This document shows, one piece after another, positions 27,687 to 37,599 of a stretch of 64,000 nt of DNA. Each line of letters begins with the position of its first letter. The stretch's first letter is position 1. The translations under genes and the position numbers were made by a program. Under the pieces are notes generated by a model. That model did not search any database, was not told the origin of the DNA, and worked only from the letters and a program-made list of their open reading frames with translations. The DNA comes from an uncultured bacterium (GTDB taxonomy: Bacteria > Bacillota > Clostridia > Lachnospirales > Lachnospiraceae): positions 263-64,262 of the forward strand of contig CANRWP010000013.1 of the NCBI GenBank assembly GCA_947643595.1, given 5' to 3'.

Positions 27687-28805
27687 CTACATGACATATC
27701 TGTCGTTTCTTTCCACCACTATTTTTATTCCGTCTTCTCCTTTGTAGTATGAATTTGCTTTCATCGTGCCTCTGCTCTCCACGATGCAGTTCTCAATGTA
27801 GGTGTTGTCACCGATATAGACATCATTGAGAATAATGGAATTTTTGATACAACAGTTATTGCCAATGTATGCTTCTTTAAATACAATGGAATTTTCCACC
27901 GTTCCATTGACAATACAGCCGCTTGCGATCAAACTGTTTTTAACCTTCGCTCCAACATTGTATTTTGCCGGCGGCTGGTCATCTACTTTCGAGTAGATGT
28001 CAGGGTATTCCCTGAAGAAATACTTTCTGATATCCGGTTTCAAGAAGTCCATATTCGTGTCAAAATAATCGTCAACGCTCGCTATATTCCGCCAATAATC
28101 CTTGATCTTATAGCCGTAAATATGTTTCATACCTTTATAGCGTATCAGAATATCTCTCACGAAATCATACCGTTCCTCCTCCACACACCGTTCCACAAGA
28201 TCGATGAGCTGGCGCCTTCTGATGACATAGATCCCGCAGGAAATCGTATTGGATTTTGCCAGCAAAGGTTTTTCCTCAAAATCTTCAATCCTGCTTTCCT
28301 CGTTCATCTTCACGGTGCCATAGCGCTCCAGATTTGTGCCTTCCGGCATATCCTTACATACGACGGTGATATCTGACTTCTTACTAATATGATATTCTAA
28401 AAGTTTGTTAAAGTCAATCTTATAAACACAATCTGCTGAAGCAATAATAACATAGGGCTCGTGACTGTTCTTCAAAAAGCTGATATTCTGGTTGATCGCG
28501 TCCGCTGTCCCCCTGTACCAGAAACCGTTGTCCGCCGTGATCGTCGGCGTGAACACGAACAATCCTCCCTGTTTTCTGCCGAAATCCCACCATTTGGAAG
28601 AGCTCAGATGTTCATTCAGACTTCCCGCGTTATACTGTGTAAACACTCCTACTTTCTGTATGCGGGAATTTGCCATGCTGCTCAGTGCAAAGTCGATCGC
28701 CCTGTAACTGCCCGCTATGGGCATAGCGCCCACCGCACGCTTTTCCGATAATGCGCCAAGCTTGTGGTTCGTACCGCCCGCTAAAATAATTCCTATCGCT
28801 CTCAT
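27687..28805 (-). CDS. glgD: Glucose-1-phosphate adenylyltransferase subunit GlgD
   Basis: Degenerate GlgC paralogue (YRAIDFALS, WYRGTADA) directly after glgC. Confidence 0.92.
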   Translation of the reverse strand: MRAIGIILAGGTNHKLGALSEKRAVGAMPIAGSYRAIDFALSSMANSRIQKVGVFTQYNAGSLNEHLSSSKWWDFGRKQGGLFVFTPTITADNGFWYRGTADAINQNISFLKNSHEPYVIIASADCVYKIDFNKLLEYHISKKSDITVVCKDMPEGTNLERYGTVKMNEESRIEDFEEKPLLAKSNTISCGIYVIRRRQLIDLVERCVEEERYDFVRDILIRYKGMKHIYGYKIKDYWRNIASVDDYFDTNMDFLKPDIRKYFFREYPDIYSKVDDQPPAKYNVGAKVKNSLIASGCIVNGTVENSIVFKEAYIGNNCCIKNSIILNDVYIGDNTYIENCIVESRGTMKANSYYKGEDGIKIVVERNDRYVM

Positions 28806-28828
28806 GTAAAATTATGCTCCTTTCCGCA

Positions 28829-30097
28829 TTATTCCCCCGCCTTAATCATTGTTCTTCCGCTCGGAAGATATAGATCAGGATAGTCCTCCAGGGTTGTCAC
28901 ACCACCGACACAGACATTCTTTCCGATCGTCACATCATTCGGAATCACACTCTTCTCTCCGACAGTGCACAATCCATGATTATAGATATGCGGGTCAGTC
29001 TCGTTATCCTTCTCCTCGCCGATACCCATCTTAACACGATCGCCGACTGTTACATTTTCCGCGATAATTACTTTATTCAGTTCTCCGCCGTGACCGATCT
29101 TCGTATCGTTCATAATGATGGAATCCCGAACGACCGTACCGGCCCCGATCACCACATTACAGCCGATCACAGAGTTGTAGACCTTGCCGTAAACTTCCGT
29201 ACCCTCGCCGATGATGCTTCTCTCCACTTCACTGTCCTCCGAGAAATACTGCGGCGGCAGAGCATCGGACTTCGTGTAGATCTTCCAGTATTCCTCATAC
29301 AGGTTGAACTCCGGCACAATATCGATGAGCTCCATATTCGCCTCCCAGTAGGAGTGCAGCGTTCCCACATCCTTCCAGTAGCCGTTAAATTCGTAGGCAT
29401 ACAGAGGATAATCGTTGTTCTTGCAGTAAGGGATCACGTGCTTGCCAAAATCGAGATGCGGCTGGTCCGCATTTTTCATCAGAGCTTCCCGCAGAGTCTT
29501 CCAGTTAAAGATATAGATACCCATGGAAGCCAGGTTGCTGCGCGGTTTCGCCGGTTTCTCCTCAAAATCGACAATTTTCTTCTCATCGTCTGTGATCATA
29601 ATGCCAAAGCGGCTTGCCTCCTCCCAGGGCACAGGCATAACCGCGATCGTCACGTCCGCATTGTTCGCCTTGTGGAAATCCAGCATCGCTTCGTAATCCA
29701 TCTTATAGATGTGGTCTCCGGAAAGGATCAGCACGTACTCCGGATTATAGCCGTCCATGTACTCAATATTCTGAAAGATAGCGTTCGCCGTGCCGGTGTA
29801 CCACTCCGTACTCTCAATTTTTTCGTACGGCGGAAGTACGGTCACACCGCCTATGTTTCTGTCCAGATCCCAGGGGATACCGATCCCGATGTGGGTATTC
29901 AGCCTCAGGGGCTGATACTGCGTAAGTACACCAACCGTATCCACTCCGGAATTGATACAGTTGCTGAGTGGGAAATCAATAATTCTGTACTTTCCACCAA
30001 AAGCAACCGCCGGTTTTGCAACTTTCGAGGTCAGAATGCCGAGTCGGCTTCCCTGACCACCTGCCAGGAGCATGGCAATCATTTCTTTTTTAATCAT
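28829..30097 (-). CDS. glgC: Glucose-1-phosphate adenylyltransferase
   Basis: [28 protein letters not shown]. Confidence 0.97.
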   Translation of the reverse strand: MIKKEMIAMLLAGGQGSRLGILTSKVAKPAVAFGGKYRIIDFPLSNCINSGVDTVGVLTQYQPLRLNTHIGIGIPWDLDRNIGGVTVLPPYEKIESTEWYTGTANAIFQNIEYMDGYNPEYVLILSGDHIYKMDYEAMLDFHKANNADVTIAVMPVPWEEASRFGIMITDDEKKIVDFEEKPAKPRSNLASMGIYIFNWKTLREALMKNADQPHLDFGKHVIPYCKNNDYPLYAYEFNGYWKDVGTLHSYWEANMELIDIVPEFNLYEEYWKIYTKSDALPPQYFSEDSEVERSIIGEGTEVYGKVYNSVIGCNVVIGAGTVVRDSIIMNDTKIGHGGELNKVIIAENVTVGDRVKMGIGEEKDNETDPHIYNHGLCTVGEKSVIPNDVTIGKNVCVGGVTTLEDYPDLYLPSGRTMIKAGE

Positions 30098-30384
30098 AGC
30101 ATCACCTCAATATTTTTACAGAATGTTGAATTTCTTTCCCCTAGTATAGCACAAGCCTCTTGAAAAGTGAATAATAAATCAAAAAAATGATTGTGTTTTT
30201 TTGTAGATATTAATCATTCCTTTTTATATTTTTTTACATATTTCACAAAAAAACCTCCTTTTTTATCCTCTTTTTCGCCTTGCTAGTGTGCGCTTTCGAG
30301 GTTAAGATGTATATATTATAGTATAAACAGCGGACAGCGCGCCCTGCGGGCCGTCCCCATTGTTCCATAAAAAGAGGTATACGC

Positions 30385-31764
30385 ATGTATCAGATTCATT
30401 TCGACGCTCCAATACACGTTCACTTTATCGGCATCGGCGGCATCAGTATGAGCGGACTGGCGGAAATTCTGCTGTCCGAGGGATTTACCGTATCCGGTTC
30501 CGACAACCAGCGTTCCCCCCTGACGGAAACGCTCACCGAGAAGGGCGCTCTCATCCGGTACGGACAGCGGCGCGACAACATAACGGATGACATCGATCTG
30601 GTCGTCTACACCAGCGCGATCCACCCGGACAATCCGGAATTTCTCGCCGTGCAGGAAAAGGGTCTGCCCTCCCTCACCAGGGCCGAACTTCTCGGACAGA
30701 TGATGCGGCAGTATAAGACTTCCGTCGCCATCAGCGGTACCCACGGCAAGACCACCACCACGGCCATGATCTCGGACATTCTTCTGCAGGAAGGTACAGA
30801 TCCCACCATCTCCATCGGCGGTATCTTAAAGTCCATCGGCGGAAACTACCGGGTCGGCGGTTCCGATTACTTTGTGACCGAAGCCTGCGAATACACCAAC
30901 AGCTTCCTGAGCTTTTTCCCGAAGATCGGCATTATCTTAAATGTTCAGGAGGATCATCTGGATTTCTTCAAGGATCTGGCGGATATCCGCAATTCCTTCC
31001 ACGCCTTCGCCAGACTTCTGCCGCCGGACGGCTGCCTGATCATCAACGGCGAGATCGAAAACTATCAGGAGCTCACACAGGGCCTCGCCTGCCCCGTCAT
31101 CACTTTCGGCATGAGGGAAGGTTTTGACTACTATCCCGGTGAAATTTCCTATGATAATACAGGAAAGCCTTCTTTTGTCTGTCACGGCCCGGACGGCTTT
31201 TCGCTGCCCGTCACGCTGGGCATCCCCGGCGACCACAATATCGCCAACGCCCTGCCCGCCATAGCCGTCTCCCATCGGTTCGGACTGCAACATGATACGA
31301 TACGCAGAGTCCTCTCCCATTTTGAGGGCACTGACAGGCGTTTTGACTACAAGGGCGAACTGGGCGGCGTCACCGTGATCGACGATTACGCTCATCATCC
31401 CACTGAAATTAAAGCGGCTCTGTCGGCCGCCGCACACTATCCCCACAGAGAACTCTGGTGTGTGTTCCAACCCCATACTTACAGCCGCACAAAATCCTTT
31501 TTGTCCGATTTTGCCGCAGTTCTCTCCACGGCAGACCACGTGGTCCTGGCCGATATCTATGCCGCCAGGGAGACAGATACGCTCGGAATTTCTTCCCGGG
31601 ACCTGATGCGGGAGATCCGGGCGCTTGGCGGCGACTGCCGCTATTTTCCCTCTTTTGATGAAATCGAGAATTTCCTTTTGGAAAATTGCACAGGGGGAGA
31701 TCTGTTGATAACTATGGGGGCCGGAGATGTCCATAAAATAGGGGAAAACCTTCTCGGGATCTGA
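30385..31764 (+). CDS. murC: UDP-N-acetylmuramate-L-alanine ligase
   Basis: IGIGGISMSG, GTHGKTTT, DDYAHHPTE, FQPH. Confidence 0.97.
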   Translation: MYQIHFDAPIHVHFIGIGGISMSGLAEILLSEGFTVSGSDNQRSPLTETLTEKGALIRYGQRRDNITDDIDLVVYTSAIHPDNPEFLAVQEKGLPSLTRAELLGQMMRQYKTSVAISGTHGKTTTTAMISDILLQEGTDPTISIGGILKSIGGNYRVGGSDYFVTEACEYTNSFLSFFPKIGIILNVQEDHLDFFKDLADIRNSFHAFARLLPPDGCLIINGEIENYQELTQGLACPVITFGMREGFDYYPGEISYDNTGKPSFVCHGPDGFSLPVTLGIPGDHNIANALPAIAVSHRFGLQHDTIRRVLSHFEGTDRRFDYKGELGGVTVIDDYAHHPTEIKAALSAAAHYPHRELWCVFQPHTYSRTKSFLSDFAAVLSTADHVVLADIYAARETDTLGISSRDLMREIRALGGDCRYFPSFDEIENFLLENCTGGDLLITMGAGDVHKIGENLLGI

Positions 31765-31765
31765 G

Positions 31766-31932
31766 ATTTCCACATATCCACAAATTTTTTTCTCCGCACG
31801 GAGACAAAATATTTGTGGATATTTTGTTCGGCGGAAAAATCTTTGATGCCTGCTTTTTCCCGTGTTTACCGGCCTTTTCGGGTCCCGGAAGTACAGGTAT
31901 CAGATTTATCCACACTTTCCACACTTTCCACA
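31766..31932. promoter_or_regulatory. Cluster of about 6 DnaA boxes
   Basis: Perfect TTATCCACA at 31906, CTTTCCACA at 31915 and 31924, ATTTCCACA at 31766, ATATCCACA at 31774, TGTGGATAT at 31814. Confidence 0.75.
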
Positions 31933-32050
31933 ATGCACTTTTATTTTTGCACCCTCCCCTGTTTTCTCCATTTTGTCTATATCTTTTCAAAAACCGCTAT
32001 GCTATAATCGATTCAGTTTTGAAAATGGGAAATCAGAGGTTAATATAAAT

Positions 32051-33100
32051 ATGAACAGCTTGACAGTTTCACAGGACTCTCATGCAGGCGTAACTATGCT
32101 TTCGAACTGCTTTATTGACGAATACATGAAAGACGCTAACGACGCGCAGATAAAGGTATATCTCTATCTGCTTCGGTGTGTTGCTGCCGGTCTGCCCACC
32201 GGTATTTCGGCGATTGCCGACCATTTCAATTACACCGAAAAGGATATTCTGCGCGCTCTGCAGTACTGGGACAGGAAACAGGTGGTTTCCCTGCTGTACA
32301 ATGACGCCGGAAAACTGGCCGGTATCCGTCTGGAAAATCTCGATTCCAGGCCTGCCGATATTATCTCCATGCCTCCGGCCTCGCCCGTCACCGCCCAGAC
32401 GCCCTGCGCGGAACCGGAAAACGTGCCCGCATCTTATGACAAGAGTGTCATTACTCTGGACCACATCAAGGCATTCAAGCAGCAGGAAAAAACTTCCGAG
32501 CTTGTTTTTATCACCGAACAATATCTGGGCAAACCGCTCAGCACGGAAAATATCCGCTCTATCATTTTTATGACGGATGTACTCCATCTCAGCACGGATC
32601 TGATCGATTATCTCGTACAGTACTGTGTGGACCGGGGGAAAAAAGATTTTCATTACATCGAAAAAGTAGCCATCAGCTGGGCGCAGGCAGGCGTCTCCAC
32701 GCCGAAAGAGGCGGCTCTGGCCGCCGCAAGGTACGACAAAAATATTTATGCCGTTATGAACGCCCTCGGCAGGACAAGCGCTCCCACCCAGAAGGAGGCT
32801 TCCTATATACAAAAGTGGTTTCAGGAGTACGGCTTCCCTTACGACATTATTATGGAAGCCTGCGAGCGCTGTGTTCTCGCCACGGACAAGCACCGGTTCG
32901 AGTATACCGACGGCATTCTACAGAACTGGCGTGACAGCGGCGTACATTCCATGCAGGATATCGCGGATGCCGACACCGCTTTTCAGAAAAAGAAAAGCTC
33001 CCGTCCCGCCAAATCCGCCGCTTCCACAAATTCTTTTCATCAGTTCCGCCAGAACGAGTACAATTACGACGAACTGCTGAAAAAAGTAAAGATCAACTGA
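32051..33100 (+). CDS. DnaD/DnaB_2-domain replication protein
   Basis: FIDEYM...KVYLYLL N-terminus and two DnaD-like motifs (YIEKVAISW, YTDGILQNW). Confidence 0.88.
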   Translation: MNSLTVSQDSHAGVTMLSNCFIDEYMKDANDAQIKVYLYLLRCVAAGLPTGISAIADHFNYTEKDILRALQYWDRKQVVSLLYNDAGKLAGIRLENLDSRPADIISMPPASPVTAQTPCAEPENVPASYDKSVITLDHIKAFKQQEKTSELVFITEQYLGKPLSTENIRSIIFMTDVLHLSTDLIDYLVQYCVDRGKKDFHYIEKVAISWAQAGVSTPKEAALAAARYDKNIYAVMNALGRTSAPTQKEASYIQKWFQEYGFPYDIIMEACERCVLATDKHRFEYTDGILQNWRDSGVHSMQDIADADTAFQKKKSSRPAKSAASTNSFHQFRQNEYNYDELLKKVKIN

Positions 33101-33113
33101 CAGGAGAAAAACT

Positions 33114-34067
33114 TTGGCCCTGACTAACGCGCAATACGAATCCATTATACGTGAATATGAGGAAAAACAGATAAAAAACCGGCATATACTGGAGAATCGT
33201 CTCTCTGACATCCGGAACGCTTATCCGGAATATGCTGATCTGGAGGACGCTTCCGCCTCTCTGTCACTTTCCTTCACCAGACGCCTGATCGACGGTGAGG
33301 AGGGCGCGAGGCAGGCTCTCTCGGAGGCTCTCGAGTCCCTGCGGCAGAAAAAGAAGGATTTTCTTCTGGAAAAGGGCTTTTCCGCCGACTATCTGGATCC
33401 CGTCTACGAATGCGCCGACTGCCGGGACACCGGCTATATCGGGCGGAAAAAATGCCGCTGTTTTGAAAAAAGAATAATAGAACTGCTCTATCATCAGAGC
33501 AATCTCTCCGGCACCCTCATGCTGGAAAATTTTGATACATTGTCCTACGAGTATCTTCCGAAAGATATACTCCCGGACTACAAAAAAGCGGTGGAGACCG
33601 CCAAAAGTTTTGTCTCCTCTTTCGATGAATGCTGCCGCAATCTTCTGTTCATGGGCACGGTCGGCACCGGAAAGACATTTCTCTCCAACTGCATTGCCAA
33701 AGCTCTGATCGACACATCTCACTCCGTCATCTATTTCAGCGCTGTGGATCTCTTCGACACCTTTGCCGGACATATTTTCGGCAAAGACAAAAAAGCGCTT
33801 GAAAATTTTTGCGAAGACCTATATCATTGTGATTTGGTTATTATAGATGATCTGGGTACGGAACTGGAAAGCTCCTTTGTTACTTCCTACTTTTTCTCTT
33901 TCCTGAATGAACGACAGCAGCTTGGAAAATCTACACTGATCACCACAAATCTGGATCTGAAAAATTTGAACGACAGATACAGCGAGCGGATCTGCTCCAG
34001 GATCATCGGAAACTTTGAGATCTGTCTGCTGACAGGTCCCGATATCAGAATCTGCAAAAAAACCTGA
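33114..34067 (+). CDS. DnaC/DnaI-like (IstB-type) helicase loader ATPase
   Basis: CADCRDTG Zn motif, GTVGTGKT, IIDDLGTE, ITTN. Confidence 0.88.
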   Translation: MALTNAQYESIIREYEEKQIKNRHILENRLSDIRNAYPEYADLEDASASLSLSFTRRLIDGEEGARQALSEALESLRQKKKDFLLEKGFSADYLDPVYECADCRDTGYIGRKKCRCFEKRIIELLYHQSNLSGTLMLENFDTLSYEYLPKDILPDYKKAVETAKSFVSSFDECCRNLLFMGTVGTGKTFLSNCIAKALIDTSHSVIYFSAVDLFDTFAGHIFGKDKKALENFCEDLYHCDLVIIDDLGTELESSFVTSYFFSFLNERQQLGKSTLITTNLDLKNLNDRYSERICSRIIGNFEICLLTGPDIRICKKT

Positions 34068-34106
34068 ACATACACACTTTATTTTCCAAAAAAGAAAGGA
34101 TTTCTT

Positions 34107-35291
34107 ATGGCAAAAAAAGAAGAAAAGCGAAATCTGGAAACCATTCCTGTCGGTTCTCTTGGCGTCATTGCCCTGAAAGGCTGTCAGACACTGGGGGAAA
34201 AGGTAGACTACTATCTCGTCAAATGGCGCACACAGCGGAAAAATGAGCATAAAGGTTCTCTCGCCTTTGCCGGGTACCAGCGCGGCACCTATCTGCTCAA
34301 TGTGGATATTCCGCGGTTCGGCTCCGGGGAGGCGAAAGGCATTATTCAGGAATCTGTCCGGGGAGATGATCTCTATATCATGGTCGATGTGTGCAATTAC
34401 AGCATGACTTATTCCCTCTGCGGGCAGCAAAATCGCATGTCTCCGGATGACCACTACCAGAACCTCAAGCGGATCATCTCCGCGGTCGGCGGTAAAGCCA
34501 GAAGAATCACTGTCATCATGCCTTTCCTGTATGAGAGCAGACAGCATAAGCGCACTTCCAGAGAATCGTTGGACTGCGCCATCGCCCTGCAGGAACTCGT
34601 CAACATGGGTGTCGACAATATTATCACCTTTGACGCACATGACGCCAGGGTCCAGAACGCCATCCCGCTGCACGGTTTCGAGACGGTGCGGCCCGCTTAC
34701 CAGTTCATCAAAGGACTGCTTCGCAACATAAAGGATCTCACACTGGATACCGATCATATGATGATCATCAGCCCTGACGAGGGAGGCATGTCCAGAGCGA
34801 TCTACATGGCCAACGTCCTCGGCCTGGATATCGGTATGTTCTACAAACGCCGCGATTATACCCGCGTCGTGGACGGCAGAAATCCCATTGTCGCCCATGA
34901 GTTTTTAGGTTCCAGCGTGGAGGGCAAAGACATGGTCATCATCGACGACATGATCTCCTCCGGTGAATCCGTCATAGAAGTGGCAAAGGCGCTGAAGGGG
35001 AGAAAGGCAAACCGCATTTTCATCTGCGCCACCTTCGGACTTTTTACCGGGGGACTGACGCGCTTTGACGAGGCATGCAAAGAGGGCATCATCAGCAACG
35101 TGCTGACGACCAACCTGATTTATCAGACACCCGAGCTGCTCTCCCGCGACTGGTATATCAACTGCGATATGAGCAAATATATCGCTTATCTGATCGATAC
35201 TTTAAATCACGATTCCTCGATCAGCGATCTGCTTGATCCCAGCGAGAAAATCCAGAACGTTATCGCCAAATATAAGGCGGGGAAACTGTGA
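34107..35291 (+). CDS. prs: Ribose-phosphate pyrophosphokinase
   Basis: RFGSGE, PFLYESRQ, SPDEGG, IIDDMISSGES. Confidence 0.94.
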   Translation: MAKKEEKRNLETIPVGSLGVIALKGCQTLGEKVDYYLVKWRTQRKNEHKGSLAFAGYQRGTYLLNVDIPRFGSGEAKGIIQESVRGDDLYIMVDVCNYSMTYSLCGQQNRMSPDDHYQNLKRIISAVGGKARRITVIMPFLYESRQHKRTSRESLDCAIALQELVNMGVDNIITFDAHDARVQNAIPLHGFETVRPAYQFIKGLLRNIKDLTLDTDHMMIISPDEGGMSRAIYMANVLGLDIGMFYKRRDYTRVVDGRNPIVAHEFLGSSVEGKDMVIIDDMISSGESVIEVAKALKGRKANRIFICATFGLFTGGLTRFDEACKEGIISNVLTTNLIYQTPELLSRDWYINCDMSKYIAYLIDTLNHDSSISDLLDPSEKIQNVIAKYKAGKL

Positions 35292-35440
35292 CAGGATAGA
35301 CAGCCGTGAGGCATACGCCTGCTTACCGATGTCCGGACAACGACAGCTTTCAAAATAACGCACAAAAAATTCGCTGCGGTACTTGCAAAATTTTGCAGAT
35401 GCTGTTAAAATAGAAAAGTGTGATAGGACATATAAGATAA

Positions 35441-35511
35441 GCAGGCGTAGTTCATCGGTAGAATACAAGCTTCCCAAGCTTGGGAGGGGGGTTCGATTCC
35501 CCTCGCCTGCT
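35441..35511 (+). tRNA. tRNA-Gly (CCC)
   Basis: Acceptor stem GCAGGCG/CGCCTGC, anticodon arm CAAGC-TTCCCAA-GCTTG, GGTTCGATTCC T-loop; CCA not encoded. Upstream TTGCAA-17-TAAAAT promoter. Confidence 0.95.
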
Positions 35512-35527
35512 GTCAAGATTTTGAACA

Positions 35528-35562
35528 ATCCCTGTAAAAATACGGCTTGCAGGGATTTTTTT
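35528..35562 (+). terminator. Terminator after the tRNA
   Basis: AATCCCTGTAA...TTGCAGGGATT followed by a T run. Confidence 0.65.
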
Positions 35563-35695
35563 AATTTCAGAATACTGTCAGTTTCCAGGAAAATGATCCA
35601 GTAAGATAGTTTAAGTCAGGGCTTGACTTTTCCCAAAATCCCTGTATAATAAATCTTCGGAAAAGCCCATAAAATCAAGGTTTTCCAAATATACA

Positions 35696-35735
35696 ACGTC
35701 AGTTCGAGACCTTCCTGACGTAAAATAAAACTAAA
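35696..35735 (+). ncRNA. preQ1 class I riboswitch
   Basis: Stem ACGTCAG/CTGACGT, loop starting TTCG, 3' tail AAAATAAAACTAA abutting the RBS of a QueT-like gene. Upstream TTGACT-16-TATAAT. Confidence 0.85.
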
Positions 35736-35749
35736 GGAGACAAAAGAAT

Positions 35750-36334
35750 ATGAAAAAACAACTAAGCAGCGAAGCAGTCCCCGCAAGGATCACTTCGCCC
35801 ATCTCACTGACCACTCTGGTTCAGGCTGCCATGATCGCAGCGATCTATGTAGTACTCACGTTACTCGCCAACGCTCTGGGATTAGCCAATTATGTCATTC
35901 AGGTACGTTTTTCCGAGGCACTCACCATCTTACCGTTTTTCACTCCGGCCGCTATCCCCGGTCTTTTTGTGGGCTGTATTCTGAGCAACATTCTGACCGG
36001 CTGTCTGCCCCTGGATGTTGTTTTCGGCAGTCTTGCGACACTGATTGGCGCGCTGGGCACTTATGCCATCGGCAGAATGAGCCGCAAAGCCGTTGATGCC
36101 GCCTCACAGCCGCAGAGGAGATTTTCCGTTTACAAGGTGTTCTCCCCTCTGCCGCCTATTATTTCCAATACGCTGATCGTCCCTTATGTCCTCTCCTACG
36201 TCTATCAGTTTGAGGGTTCCATCCCCTATTTTATGCTGACCGTGGGAGCCGGCGAAGTGATCTCCTGTGGGATCCTCGGGCTGATCCTGCTCTTTTCGCT
36301 GGACCGCTATAAGAATATTCTCTTCCGCTCTTGA
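35750..36334 (+). CDS. queT: QueT-family queuosine precursor transporter
   Basis: AMIAAIYVVLT, QVRFSEAL, PGLFVGC; preQ1 riboswitch upstream. Confidence 0.88.
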   Translation: MKKQLSSEAVPARITSPISLTTLVQAAMIAAIYVVLTLLANALGLANYVIQVRFSEALTILPFFTPAAIPGLFVGCILSNILTGCLPLDVVFGSLATLIGALGTYAIGRMSRKAVDAASQPQRRFSVYKVFSPLPPIISNTLIVPYVLSYVYQFEGSIPYFMLTVGAGEVISCGILGLILLFSLDRYKNILFRS

Positions 36335-36397
36335 CAACCGCTGGCGCGTGTGATATAAACAATAACTAAGCCGAACAGGCGACAACTGAAGATACCC

Positions 36398-36483
36398 AAT
36401 GAGGGAGTAGTGGCGCGATCTGCGTGTCCTGCCAACATACGCGGCCTTTATGGTCTGGCTTGACTTAAACAACGAGACTCATG
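36398..36483 (+). ncRNA. yybP-ykoY (Mn2+) riboswitch
   Basis: ATGAG-GGAGTAG ... GCCAACATAC ... ACGAGA-CTCAT, matching the GGAGUAG/CAACA/CGAGAC pattern. Downstream hairpin GTGCAA/TTGCAC plus a T run; TTGACA at 36331. Confidence 0.75.
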
Positions 36484-36584
36484 TGCAATGACTATGCTTC
36501 ATATTATTTTATGATGTCGACATCGTTGCACTTGGGTTTTTCTTTTACTCAAATTTGTTTTATGAATAGAAAGGAAGGTCAAAC

Positions 36585-37589
36585 ATGGAACTCACAATCA
36601 CTATTCTGCTTTTTCTCATTGGTATCGTACTGATCATCAAAGGCGGCGATTATTTCGTCGATGCTGCCTCCTGGATGGCGGAAGTCAGCGGTATCCCCAA
36701 GGTTATCATCGGGGCCACCGTTGTCAGTCTCGCCACCACTCTGCCGGAAATGCTCGTATCCGTCATCGCCGCTGTGGACGGCAAAGTAGATATGGCGATT
36801 GGAAATGCCGTAGGCAGTGTCACTGCCAACATCGGCCTGATCATGGCCATCTCGCTGGTCTTCATGCCGAGCGTCATCAACCGGAAAGATTACGTGCCGA
36901 AATCCATTTTGATGTTCTGCGGATCCCTGGTGATCGTAGCTTCCGGCAAAACCGGGAGCATCGGTTTTTTCCTTTCCGCGGTTCTGTTGATACTCTTTGT
37001 TCTTTTTCTCATTGAAAATATCCGCTCCACGCAGCATTCCATGCATAAAAATTCCGCTGCCCTCCAGGCGGCGGAATACGCTGCGATCCAAAACGGTTCT
37101 CCCACCCTTTCCAAAAGAGCAGATATGGAGAGATCCGTGGTTCTCCTCAATATATTTAAGTTTATCGGCGGTGCCGCCGGCATTGTGATCGGTGCAAATC
37201 TGCTTGTGAACAACGGCAGCGATCTGGCAAGATATATCGGTATTTCGGAGCGTATCATCGGCGTCACGCTGGTGGCAATCGGTACTTCTCTGCCGGAACT
37301 TGTGACCACCATAACCGCGATCATTAAAAAACAGTCCTCTCTGTCCATCGGCAATATTCTAGGGGCAAATATCATAGATCTCACGCTGATCCTGCCCATC
37401 AGTATGTTCTGTGCCGGGAAACCGCTTCCTATTGCATCCTCCTCCGCCATCCTGGATTTCCCTGCCTGTCTTCTGGTCGGATGCATCGCCGTTATACCGA
37501 TGATCATCTCCTCCAGGTTCAGACGTTGGCAGGGCTTTGTACTTCTCGCCGTCTATGCGGTATACCTCATACTGACCTGCACAGCGTAA
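36585..37589 (+). CDS. Calcium/sodium antiporter family (YrbG-like)
   Basis: Two alpha repeats, ATTLPE...GNAVGS and GTSLPE...GNILGAN. Confidence 0.92.
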   Translation: MELTITILLFLIGIVLIIKGGDYFVDAASWMAEVSGIPKVIIGATVVSLATTLPEMLVSVIAAVDGKVDMAIGNAVGSVTANIGLIMAISLVFMPSVINRKDYVPKSILMFCGSLVIVASGKTGSIGFFLSAVLLILFVLFLIENIRSTQHSMHKNSAALQAAEYAAIQNGSPTLSKRADMERSVVLLNIFKFIGGAAGIVIGANLLVNNGSDLARYIGISERIIGVTLVAIGTSLPELVTTITAIIKKQSSLSIGNILGANIIDLTLILPISMFCAGKPLPIASSSAILDFPACLLVGCIAVIPMIISSRFRRWQGFVLLAVYAVYLILTCTA

Positions 37590-37599
37590 CGATCCGAAC

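Noticed and set aside
31766-32050. oriC
   Set aside because: No adjacent dnaA/dnaN and no clear unwinding element; gene orientation does not switch persistently. Kept only as a DnaA-box cluster.
32051-34067. Prophage or IS21 replication module (DnaD + IstB-like ATPase)
   Set aside because: Embedded between murC and prs, with no integrase, transposase or phage genes.
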